From a virus (Duplodnaviria; Caudoviricetes): a DNA stretch of 64,000 nucleotides. Under the pieces are notes generated by a model, which worked only from the letters and a program-made list of their open reading frames with translations, searched no databases and was not told the origin of the DNA. Position numbers and translations under genes: made by a program. Location: positions 1 to 64,000 of the IMG/VR virus record IMGVR_UViG_2751186034_000001; one strand, given 5' to 3'. This document shows, one piece after another, positions 9,931 to 17,362 of this stretch. Every line of letters begins with the position of its first letter. The stretch's first letter is position 1.

Positions 9931-10259
9931 GTCACGACCTCGAAGGTTTGTTGACGGTTTTTCCAGGAGCCGGCAAAACGCAGCAACAAACCAGCGCCTT
10001 GCCGCGTGGCGACGATGACCTCGGGTTGAAAATCGGCGATGCCATTCTGGGTGTTGTAGAACGCCTGCGCGGCATGGCTCTGGGCGAGGATCAGCAGGTC
10101 GTCGCCCAGGTTCTGACCAAGCAATTGCGGGATCATCGAACCGTACAGCGGGCGCTTCTGGCGAGTGCCTATGGGAGTGGTCAGCGCTCGGGTGGCGCGC
10201 TGTACGAACTGCAGCCAGTCATCCACGGCTGCCCCGGTGTTTCTATCGATTCCGAGCAT
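9927..10259 (-). CDS. Baseplate W / gp25-like protein
   Basis: LTTPIGTRQKRPLYGS motif. Confidence 0.88.
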   Translation of the reverse strand: MLGIDRNTGAAVDDWLQFVQRATRALTTPIGTRQKRPLYGSMIPQLLGQNLGDDLLILAQSHAAQAFYNTQNGIADFQPEVIVATRQGAGLLLRFAGSWKNRQQTFEVVT

Positions 10260-10268
10260 GGCAGATCC

Positions 10269-10880
10269 TTATGCGCTGCTGATCACACGGCCCTGGTGAT
10301 CCACCACCGGGCCACTTAAATGCACTCCGCCGGCATCCAGCCGCAGGCCGGTAGCCCCCAATTGCAGGGCAATGCTGTCGGCCGTCAGTACCAGGCTGGC
10401 GGCGCCGACCTGTGCGAAGACCTGCTCCCGTGAGCCCGTGACGGTGGTGGGTCCGTTGCGCCAATTGAACAGGTGAGTGGCATCGTCGTAATCGCTTTGC
10501 GTGCCGTCCTGATAAAGGCGACGCGTCAACGTCGCCACACGGGAGACAGGCGGAAACTGACTACTGTTGAGGCCGAACAAGGCCACGGACTGCGTCCCCC
10601 CTTCTCCACCTGCATAGTTGAGCAGCAGGCATTGCTCGCCCACAGATGGGATGCGGGTTTCCGTCTGCGCACCGGCGCTGGGGTTGAAAAAATGAATGGC
10701 CGGGGTGAGCAAATCGCCATGCCGAACCTTGCATGTGTGGCTGGCGGCATCGACTTCCTCACATACGCCAATCCGACAAAAACTGTCGGCACGGCGGTAC
10801 AGGTCTTCGAGCTGGGCCTCCATTTGCGCCAGGCGCTCGATGATCGGCCCCAGATGCATGCGTAGTAACGCGTCAAACAT
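10269..10880 (-). CDS. Baseplate spike protein V
   Basis: PSVGEQCLLL OB-fold motif. Confidence 0.9.
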   Translation of the reverse strand: MFDALLRMHLGPIIERLAQMEAQLEDLYRRADSFCRIGVCEEVDAASHTCKVRHGDLLTPAIHFFNPSAGAQTETRIPSVGEQCLLLNYAGGEGGTQSVALFGLNSSQFPPVSRVATLTRRLYQDGTQSDYDDATHLFNWRNGPTTVTGSREQVFAQVGAASLVLTADSIALQLGATGLRLDAGGVHLSGPVVDHQGRVISSA

Positions 10881-10883
10881 GGT

Positions 10884-11399
10884 CTACTCCTGCAGAGGTC
10901 GATATTGATCGGGATCGTCGATATTCGAAACTTCCCAGGTGCAGGCAAACAGCGGTTTACCCGTAGGATCTTCGAGCAGCGGCGGCCCCAGATAGAGCGT
11001 TTGGCTGAAGGCCACCGTCCAGGTGTCGTAGTCCGTTTCGCTGGAGCCCAGAACGGAGGGTGCTGCCACAATGGCCATGGGCAGGTCGCATTGTTCGGCC
11101 GGCAGCCCCCAGCGGTTGTCTAGGGCCAGATCCATCAGTTGGCTGGCCAAGTCGCAGGCGTCAAAGGGCGCCGCACCGCTGGCAACCGTGACTTTGAGAG
11201 ACACCGACAAGGCATGCGCCTTACGCCCGTCCAGGGCGCGTATTCCGGGGCCGTTACGCTCCACGCCGATCAAAATGCCGCTGGCATCCGTGGCGCCGTT
11301 GAAATCCTGGTGATTGCCCACCCGCAGGTGCGGGAACGCCAGCTTGAGCGTTTCTGCGATCGCGATGGGCAGTTGGGAAGGTTTTTCGATAAGTGTCAT
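10884..11399 (-). CDS. Tailocin tail terminator-like protein
   Basis: Conserved position between holin and V; intact ORF. Confidence 0.7.
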   Translation of the reverse strand: MTLIEKPSQLPIAIAETLKLAFPHLRVGNHQDFNGATDASGILIGVERNGPGIRALDGRKAHALSVSLKVTVASGAAPFDACDLASQLMDLALDNRWGLPAEQCDLPMAIVAAPSVLGSSETDYDTWTVAFSQTLYLGPPLLEDPTGKPLFACTWEVSNIDDPDQYRPLQE

Positions 11400-11420
11400 A
11401 GGGTCGCGTCCTTGCAGCAA

Positions 11421-11765
11421 TTACTGCTGATCGGGCCGCGAAGTCGGCGTCTGGTTGACCCCGATACGCTTGGCCGCCCAGCGTTCATAAAGACCGATGG
11501 CTACGTCGGCCCCCGCCATGGCGGTGAGGCAGCCGATGGCGCCGGCAGTCCAGATCGACATGCCGGCGGCGTAACACAGCATCAGGGCCGAAACCCCGCA
11601 CACCATGCACGCGCCAGACCTCAAGGCCAGGCGCCGGATCAACGACCAACCGCGGGCGCCCTCCTTGTCGGCGCGCCACATTTCGCCGGATACCCCGCCG
11701 ATCAAGGCCAGTGCAATCACCAGCCAGATAGGCATTTCCGCTAACGCTTGCTGCTCGTTTGTCAT
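11421..11765 (-). CDS. Holin (tailocin)
   Basis: Three hydrophobic segments; first gene of the operon. Confidence 0.88.
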   Translation of the reverse strand: MTNEQQALAEMPIWLVIALALIGGVSGEMWRADKEGARGWSLIRRLALRSGACMVCGVSALMLCYAAGMSIWTAGAIGCLTAMAGADVAIGLYERWAAKRIGVNQTPTSRPDQQ

Positions 11766-11839
11766 ATCACGCCTCCTGGCTGAGCAATGCCGGCTGAATG
11801 CCGGTTTTCCGGATAAATCCATTTATAGGTAGGCATTCC

Positions 11840-11864
11840 AAAAAGCCCGGTTGCCCGGGCTTTT
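11840..11864 (-). terminator. Intrinsic terminator upstream of the holin gene
   Basis: GCCCGG-GCAA-CCGGGC followed by T5 on the minus strand. Confidence 0.7.
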
Positions 11865-12196
11865 CAGTAATGCTGTCCTCGAACCTTCGGCGCTACTGGC
11901 GCGGTACGGTTCTTTCCTCAATGTTTTTCCGACCACGATCCCTGTCTGCCGGATAACTGCTTCTGGTGCTTTACGCTGCACACCCGGGTCAGTTGCCAAC
12001 CCTCTGAACCGTTAAGGCCGGTTCATCGCTGCCTGTTTCTTGTAAAGCGGTGTCACTAAAGAGCGTCGGCATCCTTGCCGGTATTGCCTGCCATCCCTGC
12101 CATCGCTGTGATGGCGTCCTTGCCGATGTTGCTTGCCTTCCTTGTCATCCTTGGCAGCATCCTTGCCGCCTCCACCAGGCCTTGTTGGCTGGCTTG
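11840..12196 (-). ncRNA. Putative structured leader / small RNA of the tailocin operon
   Basis: Bounded by a promoter and a terminator; six CA(A/G)GGA motifs, boxA-like CGCTCTTTA (12065-12057), several hairpins; no convincing CDS. Confidence 0.55.
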
Positions 12197-12202
12197 AGAT
12201 GA

Positions 12203-12231
12203 AGAATATGCATGTATGCATATACAGTCAA
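12203..12231 (-). promoter_or_regulatory. Sigma70 promoter of the tailocin operon
   Basis: TTGACT-N17-TATTCT. Confidence 0.75.
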
Positions 12232-12275
12232 TGCGTAAATGCATTTATTTTCACTCAGGATATGCTCATGTGCAT
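12208..12275. promoter_or_regulatory. Three ATGC-N6-GCAT operators
   Basis: Copies at 12208-12221, 12231-12244 and 12262-12275 overlap or flank the promoter. Confidence 0.7.
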
Positions 12276-12318
12276 TTTTGGCTTGGCGATTCAAGGGGTT
12301 ACTGGCTTTTGGCAGGCG

Positions 12319-12346
12319 AAAAAAAACCCGCTGCTTGGCGGGTTTT
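12319..12346 (-). terminator. Terminator of the repressor gene
   Basis: CCCGC..GCGGG stem followed by T8. Confidence 0.75.
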
Positions 12347-12362
12347 GTCCTACTGAATTGGG

Positions 12363-13097
12363 TTAACGCGCGTACATGCCCCACCAGAACACATGGCCGA
12401 GGATACTGATCTGCTCGTCCTGGATTTCCTGGAAACTGTAGTCCTCGTCCGGATGCTCGTCGCGATTGAAGCTGCGCAGACGAATCCGGGATGGCAGGCG
12501 ATAGAGCTGTTTGACCCGCAATTGGCCATTGTGATTGATGGCATACAGATCGCCATCGACGATATCGCCGATGCCGCTCTTGCCCGCATTGACCCCGACG
12601 GTTGCGCCATCGCGCAGCACTGGCAACATGCTGTTGCCGCGCACCGTCACACACTTGGCCTGGTCGAATTGCACACCATTGTGTCGCAAGCTGCGCTTTC
12701 CAAAACGCAGGCTGGCTTTCTCGCTTTCCTCGATGACGAATCTTCCTGATCCAGCAGCCAATTCAACCTCGCGCAGAAAGGGGATCGACACCTCATCGTC
12801 ATTGATAGGGGTGTCGTCGTCCCACAGGCTTATGTCCTTGAGTTCCGAATGCATCGGGTCGCGCCCGTCGTCCCGCGCAGCGCCTACGGCCACGCGCCCG
12901 CGCAGTTGGTCGGTGCTCACGCCAAAGTATTCGGCAATGCGGGAGATATGCTTGTCAGACGGATCGACAATCTTGCCGCTGAGGATCCGAGACAGCGTGG
13001 ACTGAGGCACACCGGTACGCCGGTGAAGCTCCGTTGGGGAGATCCGGTCGCGGTCCAGCAATTCTCTTAATACGATAGAAACGTTGCGTTTTTGCAT
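12363..13097 (-). CDS. PrtR-like XRE/S24 autocleaving repressor of the tailocin
   Basis: N-terminal HTH, LAAG cleavage site, GNSM and VKQL catalytic motifs. Confidence 0.92.
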   Translation of the reverse strand: MQKRNVSIVLRELLDRDRISPTELHRRTGVPQSTLSRILSGKIVDPSDKHISRIAEYFGVSTDQLRGRVAVGAARDDGRDPMHSELKDISLWDDDTPINDDEVSIPFLREVELAAGSGRFVIEESEKASLRFGKRSLRHNGVQFDQAKCVTVRGNSMLPVLRDGATVGVNAGKSGIGDIVDGDLYAINHNGQLRVKQLYRLPSRIRLRSFNRDEHPDEDYSFQEIQDEQISILGHVFWWGMYAR

Positions 13098-13133
13098 AAC
13101 GGCGATAGTGCCGGGTGTTTTGCAGCTTGGCAA

Positions 13134-13147
13134 ATGCTAATTTGCAT
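13134..13147. promoter_or_regulatory. ATGC-N6-GCAT operator upstream of the repressor
   Basis: ATGCTAATTTGCAT. Confidence 0.65.
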
Positions 13148-13317
13148 ATTTTATGCACAGGTCGCGCTGTATCAGGGGCAGCGTCTCTGCGTTTTGTACA
13201 CCGGTTTGCAACCTGCGAAGCGCCGACTTCACATGTTAACCTTGCGGCCATTGCAATAAGCAGGGCCGAGCGCCCCACCTTTGCCCCACTCCTTTCAACG
13301 AATTTGCTAACTATCTG

Positions 13318-13413
13318 ATGAGTAAGAACACGTCCGATCTGTCCTCCCACACCCCGATGATGCAGCAGTATGGGCTTGATCGATGCGCAAGCCACGTTAG
13401 GCGGGGCTTTTAA
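13318..13413 (+). pseudogene. mutS: 5' fragment of mutS interrupted by a prophage
   Basis: MSKNTSDLSSHTPMMQQY matches the MutS N-terminus (HTPMMQQY); it diverges after 13370 and stops at 13413; mutS is expected next to this tailocin. Confidence 0.85.
13345..13370. other. Probable att core at the host/prophage junction
   Basis: MutS homology ends at ...GATGATGCAGCAGTA; exact core length needs the other junction; GTCTAAAAC and GCAATAAAAC arm-like motifs follow. Confidence 0.55.
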
Positions 13414-13583
13414 GGTTCCTCTGTCTAAAACCCTAGCGTCATTTTGGAGGCTTTAGGGGCAATAAAACCGGGTTAACGGCAGGCAGTATTAGACAGTGAA
13501 CCCCCCCCCGGCGTCCTGCCGATCTATATCAAATCCCAAGCTTCAAACGGCTGCTAAGCTGGTCACTCAAAAGAGGAAAAAGC

Positions 13584-13793
13584 ATGCCGAATTCAGACCT
13601 ACTCCCCTCCCTGGTTACCAAGCTCTATGAAAATCAGCTGGCACTCGAAGCATCGATCATGGAGCTATCAAACTGGGTGGAGCAACGCGGCTCCGCTGAG
13701 GTCGCTGCGAATGTACGCGGCGCACTGGACACGCTCAGTCACAATGAGGAATTCATCAAGCTCACATTGGCGGTGTTGATGTCGCCAGAGTGA
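13584..13793 (+). CDS. Small hypothetical protein
   Basis: AGAGG RBS; intact 69 aa ORF. Confidence 0.65.
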   Translation: MPNSDLLPSLVTKLYENQLALEASIMELSNWVEQRGSAEVAANVRGALDTLSHNEEFIKLTLAVLMSPE

Positions 13794-13842
13794 CGCCATA
13801 CAGCTCGTCGCTTCGAATCGCATCAGTGGCAAAGCTGGATTA

Positions 13843-13858
13843 CTGTATACACATACAG
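13843..13858. promoter_or_regulatory. LexA (SOS) box
   Basis: CTGTATACACATACAG = CTG-N10-CAG, flanked by TA on both sides. Confidence 0.85.
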
Positions 13859-13880
13859 TAAAAAATAAGCAGTCACTCAC

Positions 13881-14606
13881 ATGCCCCCTACAGAACTAAA
13901 AAAGGAATGGCTCGCCAAATGGCGGAGAATCCTCGACGACAACGCGTCCCGGATCGATAACCCCGAAGCTCATCGAATGATGTGCCGTTGGGAGACTCGT
14001 GACATGTTAGAGGCAGGGGTCATCGATGAGATGGAAAAATTTGAGATGGATGAGCTGGCCGACGCGGCTTACTGGCATGCCGTTGAAGAGCTGGTCACCA
14101 CACCTGCGGGATACACGTATGGCGGCTACTATGACGTCATTCAACGAGCAACATCGGAGTGCGTCGGGTACATCCGAAGCAACACCTATTACTCAGCGCT
14201 CGGCCCAGGTGCTGATGGGTTTGATGGAAAGGTGTTTCGCGACAAGAATGATTTGCGACTGGTGTTCCGCAACGACAACCAGACTTGGGCGATAAATGGG
14301 TTGTTGCTTACCGCGCCATCTGGTGAGCTGTACGATCTGGTACAGACCGCGCAATTTATCTATGGGCAGGTCTACCCAGTTATCTGCGATGCCGATATCT
14401 ACCGTGCGCTGGTAGATTGCGCACAGGTCGCCTTGGAGAGCCGCGATTTTGAGAGCTATCGCAAGGCCCGTCCTCTACTGCTCTCCGCCCAGTTCACCAA
14501 GTGCGGTGCCTGCCTGGACCGATTCGGACAGCGCGAAGATTGCAGCAACTGCACAGGTAACGGCTTTGTCAGTACAGCTGGCACTCAGCCGACGTCGTCC
14601 GCATAA
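13881..14606 (+). CDS. SOS-regulated hypothetical protein with C-terminal Zn finger
   Basis: CGAC...CSNC motif; SOS box upstream. Confidence 0.75.
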   Translation: MPPTELKKEWLAKWRRILDDNASRIDNPEAHRMMCRWETRDMLEAGVIDEMEKFEMDELADAAYWHAVEELVTTPAGYTYGGYYDVIQRATSECVGYIRSNTYYSALGPGADGFDGKVFRDKNDLRLVFRNDNQTWAINGLLLTAPSGELYDLVQTAQFIYGQVYPVICDADIYRALVDCAQVALESRDFESYRKARPLLLSAQFTKCGACLDRFGQREDCSNCTGNGFVSTAGTQPTSSA

Positions 14607-14794
14607 CCTGCAACAGCCTCCTCGACCAGCTCGCGCCATTCTCCGCTGTCGATCACGCCTCGCTCCAACATGTTGTCGGCCAGTGCGAGGCGCGTTTCAT
14701 AGCGATACTCAGGGCCGCCTGCCGTGAATTCGGCGTCATTGAGCAGCGCATGCCACGCTTCCATCTCGTTGACCTTCTGTATATCAGTTGTCAT
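14585..14794 (-). CDS. Small helical protein (W..LL/EW.ELV family)
   Basis: Similar to 53492-53713, 54620-54841 and the N-terminus of 13881. Confidence 0.7.
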   Translation of the reverse strand: MTTDIQKVNEMEAWHALLNDAEFTAGGPEYRYETRLALADNMLERGVIDSGEWRELVEEAVAGYADDVG

Positions 14795-14877
14795 GACGAA
14801 TCTCCGGTGCCGGTGTCTACAGTGTAGAGATCGGCCGGCGCGCGGCTGTTCATCAAGCCCGACGAGCGGAGACAGTT

Positions 14878-15567
14878 ATGTGCGGACGCCTTTCACAGTA
14901 CAGCGGCATTCATGACTTCGTTGCGGCCCTCAGCATGCCGAACGCCATGGTCAACTCGGTCGGCGAACTGCCCCTGGAGCGATACAACGTCGCCCCCACC
15001 ACCCAGGTCGCCGTGCTCCACGTACAGGGCGAACTCCTTTTGGCTGATCCGGTGCGCTGGGGATGGAGACCGCACTGGGCAACGGATCGCGCCGCGCCGA
15101 TCAATGCCCGCGTCGAGAAAGTCGCCCACGGCCCGTTCTTCCGGGCAATCTGGCCGCACCGTGCAATCACACCAATCAATAACTGGTTTGAATGGGTCGA
15201 TGAAGGCGGGCAGAAGAAACAGCCCTATCTGATCCGACGGCGCGACGGGGCGCCGATCTACTGCGCCGCTATTGGCCAGCTACCCAACGCTAACGAAGGC
15301 CCAGGTGAGCATGACGGATTTGTGATCATCACTGCCGACAGCGCAGGCGGCATGGTGGACATCCATGACCGGCGGCCCGTGGTGCTGAATCCCGAACTGG
15401 CTCGCGAATGGTTGGACCCGGCCACCCCCAAGGAGCGCGCCGAGCAGATGGTGCTCCATCAGGGCGAGCCGGCCGAGGTGTTCGAGTGGTACAAGGTCGA
15501 CACAGCCGTGGGCAATGTGCGCAACAAAGGCGAGACGCTGATAACGCAAATTGGAGGTGTCAGCTGA
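14878..15567 (+). CDS. SOS response-associated peptidase (SRAP/HMCES family)
   Basis: N-terminal MCGR, RYNVAPT, INARVE, IHDRRP motifs. Confidence 0.93.
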   Translation: MCGRLSQYSGIHDFVAALSMPNAMVNSVGELPLERYNVAPTTQVAVLHVQGELLLADPVRWGWRPHWATDRAAPINARVEKVAHGPFFRAIWPHRAITPINNWFEWVDEGGQKKQPYLIRRRDGAPIYCAAIGQLPNANEGPGEHDGFVIITADSAGGMVDIHDRRPVVLNPELAREWLDPATPKERAEQMVLHQGEPAEVFEWYKVDTAVGNVRNKGETLITQIGGVS

Positions 15568-15718
15568 AAATCCACATGACAAAAAGTACGGCACTGATCC
15601 AACAGACCGTGAGAAGGATTGAGAGGCCCGCCAGTTGCTTGTCCATAAGGCACTGTCATTTTTGAGAACAAAAAGAATGGCCTCGATTTTTCGAATACGC
15701 AACGATGACTAATAGCCA

Positions 15719-16225
15719 TTATTGCGTGATGGTCCTTACGTATGCCTGGCATGCCCGTAAAGCAATCAGTCCTCGATCCCCGTCGCCGGTGATGCCGAGA
15801 ATTCTTTGAGCATGCGCTGGGTCAAGTTGGGCTCGACGGGCTGCATGAACCACGCCGACGGCGCCGGTGGCGGTAGGCACGTTGCAGCCACCGGCTGTAT
15901 CGGCTGCGTCGATAAGGACTGACAGCCGCACATCAGCAGTGGCAAGGCGATCGCGCAGAGCAGCTTGGGTACGTTGGGCATCGGTCAATTCCTTGGTGTG
16001 TTGTTGGTCCTGGATGGCCAACTGTTGCTCGGTGGCCAGGCGCTTGTCCTGCTCGGCGCGCGCTTGGGCGGAGGCAGCATTGGTGATCTCCGCCAGGTCC
16101 ATCTGGTGCAGGTTGACCTGTTCGGCGAGCTTCTTGCCCATCCGCCAGTCCTGCACCTGCCAGGTGCCAGCGGCGCTAAGGACCATCGCCAGTAGGATCG
16201 CGCCCAGAATCTGCCCGGGCGTCAC
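15719..16225 (-). CDS. Rz-like i-spanin (prophage)
   Basis: GTG start overlapping the endolysin stop; TM segment plus coiled coil; ALRACQAYV. Confidence 0.85.
   Translation of the reverse strand: MTPGQILGAILLAMVLSAAGTWQVQDWRMGKKLAEQVNLHQMDLAEITNAASAQARAEQDKRLATEQQLAIQDQQHTKELTDAQRTQAALRDRLATADVRLSVLIDAADTAGGCNVPTATGAVGVVHAARRAQLDPAHAQRILGITGDGDRGLIALRACQAYVRTITQ
15766..15981 (-). CDS. Rz1-like o-spanin lipoprotein
   Basis: Lipobox LLMCGC, Pro-rich, nested in Rz. Confidence 0.75.
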   Translation of the reverse strand: MPNVPKLLCAIALPLLMCGCQSLSTQPIQPVAATCLPPPAPSAWFMQPVEPNLTQRMLKEFSASPATGIED

Positions 16226-16731
16226 GACATCACCCCGCCCGCCAGCCGGTACTGCTTCAGCAGATCCTCCAGGCGGTGTTCGCGCTGCCCGTATCCCGCG
16301 CCGGGCAGACTGGCCCAGATGTTCCGGCACTTCGCGATAGCCGTTTCAATCCGCCCGGCCACCACGTCGGGCAAAGCCCTGCACTCGCGTATGTGCTGCA
16401 GCGCCAGAAGGTCTTGGCTGATCGGGCTGAAGTCCGGCAGCTTGAGCAGCGCCTTGTAGTGCGGCCAGTCCTTCAGCATCTGCTGGTATCGGCCGGAAGC
16501 ATTGGACGTCAGCCCCTTGCTGTTGATGACCTTCGACGCGCGCCCCTTGGCGAACGGGTGATCTGTGAAGTCCTTGAAGACCTCGGGCTTACGATCGGCT
16601 CCGGTGACGATCACGTCGTAACCGTCCATGGCCGTGGCCGGAGATGTGCTGGTGCCCTCGGACCAGGCGAGCATGTCGAGGAACGCCAACGCGTTACGCC
16701 CGCCGGCGAGTGATTCGGAAAGTCGTGCCAT
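16222..16731 (-). CDS. Endolysin, lambda R-like
   Basis: AFLDMLAWSEGT, ASGRYQ, WASLPGAGYGQ motifs. Confidence 0.92.
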   Translation of the reverse strand: MARLSESLAGGRNALAFLDMLAWSEGTSTSPATAMDGYDVIVTGADRKPEVFKDFTDHPFAKGRASKVINSKGLTSNASGRYQQMLKDWPHYKALLKLPDFSPISQDLLALQHIRECRALPDVVAGRIETAIAKCRNIWASLPGAGYGQREHRLEDLLKQYRLAGGVMS

Positions 16732-16791
16732 TGCTTTTCTCCAGGCAAAAAAAATACCCGCTCGTGGCGGGTGGCGGTGTTCGGCAGAAAC

Positions 16792-17004
16792 TCAAGACGC
16801 TGGTGGAGGGCTCAGCCGGTTGATGGTTGCGCGGGCGGCTGTGCGCGCCTCTTTGATGTCGTCCGGGATGGGCGTGCCATCCTCAAGCAGGGCGAAGGCA
16901 TGCCAGTTGGTTTCCTTCAGGTATGCGTGGGCCTGGTCCAGGCTGATCTCGTCCGCCAGATCCTGCGCCGTCTTGATCGGTTCAAGCTGGCTCAAATCCA
17001 CCAT
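16792..17004 (-). CDS. Small tail fibre-associated protein
   Basis: AYLKETNWH...IPDDIKEAR..AR motif. Confidence 0.7.
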   Translation of the reverse strand: MVDLSQLEPIKTAQDLADEISLDQAHAYLKETNWHAFALLEDGTPIPDDIKEARTAARATINRLSPPPAS

Positions 17005-17362
17005 TTTCGGGTTCCTCTATAAAGGTCGGCAGTTCAACAATCGGGGCAATAGGCGGGGTTGTATCAGGGAATGGAACTGCCCCGCTTTGAATATCGATAA
17101 TGATTGGCTCGGCTGGATTACGGGACTCTTCAGGGCTATCCCAGTGGACTGGAAGAAGTAGCGTAAAGTTAAGAACCCCGTCAACTCGTTCGATGTAGTC
17201 CGTATCTAGGAAGAACCGATTACCGACCGCACTACCGGGCAAACGGTATCCTGCGGGAATTCCGGATAGGTCGATAGTCTCTCTGTTAATAGTGATTACG
17301 TCACCCTTAACCGATGCCTCCAGCAGATCATTAGTCAAAAACGGGAATAACTTAATCTTCAT
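16982..17362 (-). CDS. Tail fibre assembly-like protein
   Basis: Directly downstream of the fibre gene. Confidence 0.7.
   Translation of the reverse strand: MKIKLFPFLTNDLLEASVKGDVITINRETIDLSGIPAGYRLPGSAVGNRFFLDTDYIERVDGVLNFTLLLPVHWDSPEESRNPAEPIIIDIQSGAVPFPDTTPPIAPIVELPTFIEEPENGGFEPA

Larger units (their letters stand above)
82..13147 (-). other. R-type tailocin (pyocin R-like) gene cluster
   Basis: P2-like baseplate V/W/J/I, sheath, tube, U, X, D, holin, GH19 lysin, spanins and an S24 repressor; no head, terminase or integrase genes; adjacent to the mutS 5' end. Confidence 0.93.

Noticed and set aside
12212-12227. Near-SOS box CTGTATATGCATACAT in the tailocin promoter
   Set aside because: The CAG half-site is mismatched and the sequence is already explained by an ATGC-N6-GCAT operator
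12012-12654. ORFs 12012-12221, 12056-12244 and 12145-12654 (minus strand)
   Set aside because: They overlap promoter, operators and terminator; the GKDA-like repeats are better explained as GGA RNA motifs; a leader peptide cannot be fully excluded
13501-13509. C9 homopolymer as a phase-variation tract
   Set aside because: Intergenic and cannot be placed in a clear promoter spacer
15568-15760. AT-rich stretch between SRAP and Rz (ORFs 15459-15752 and 15280-15702)
   Set aside because: No frame with a convincing RBS or motif; overlaps real genes
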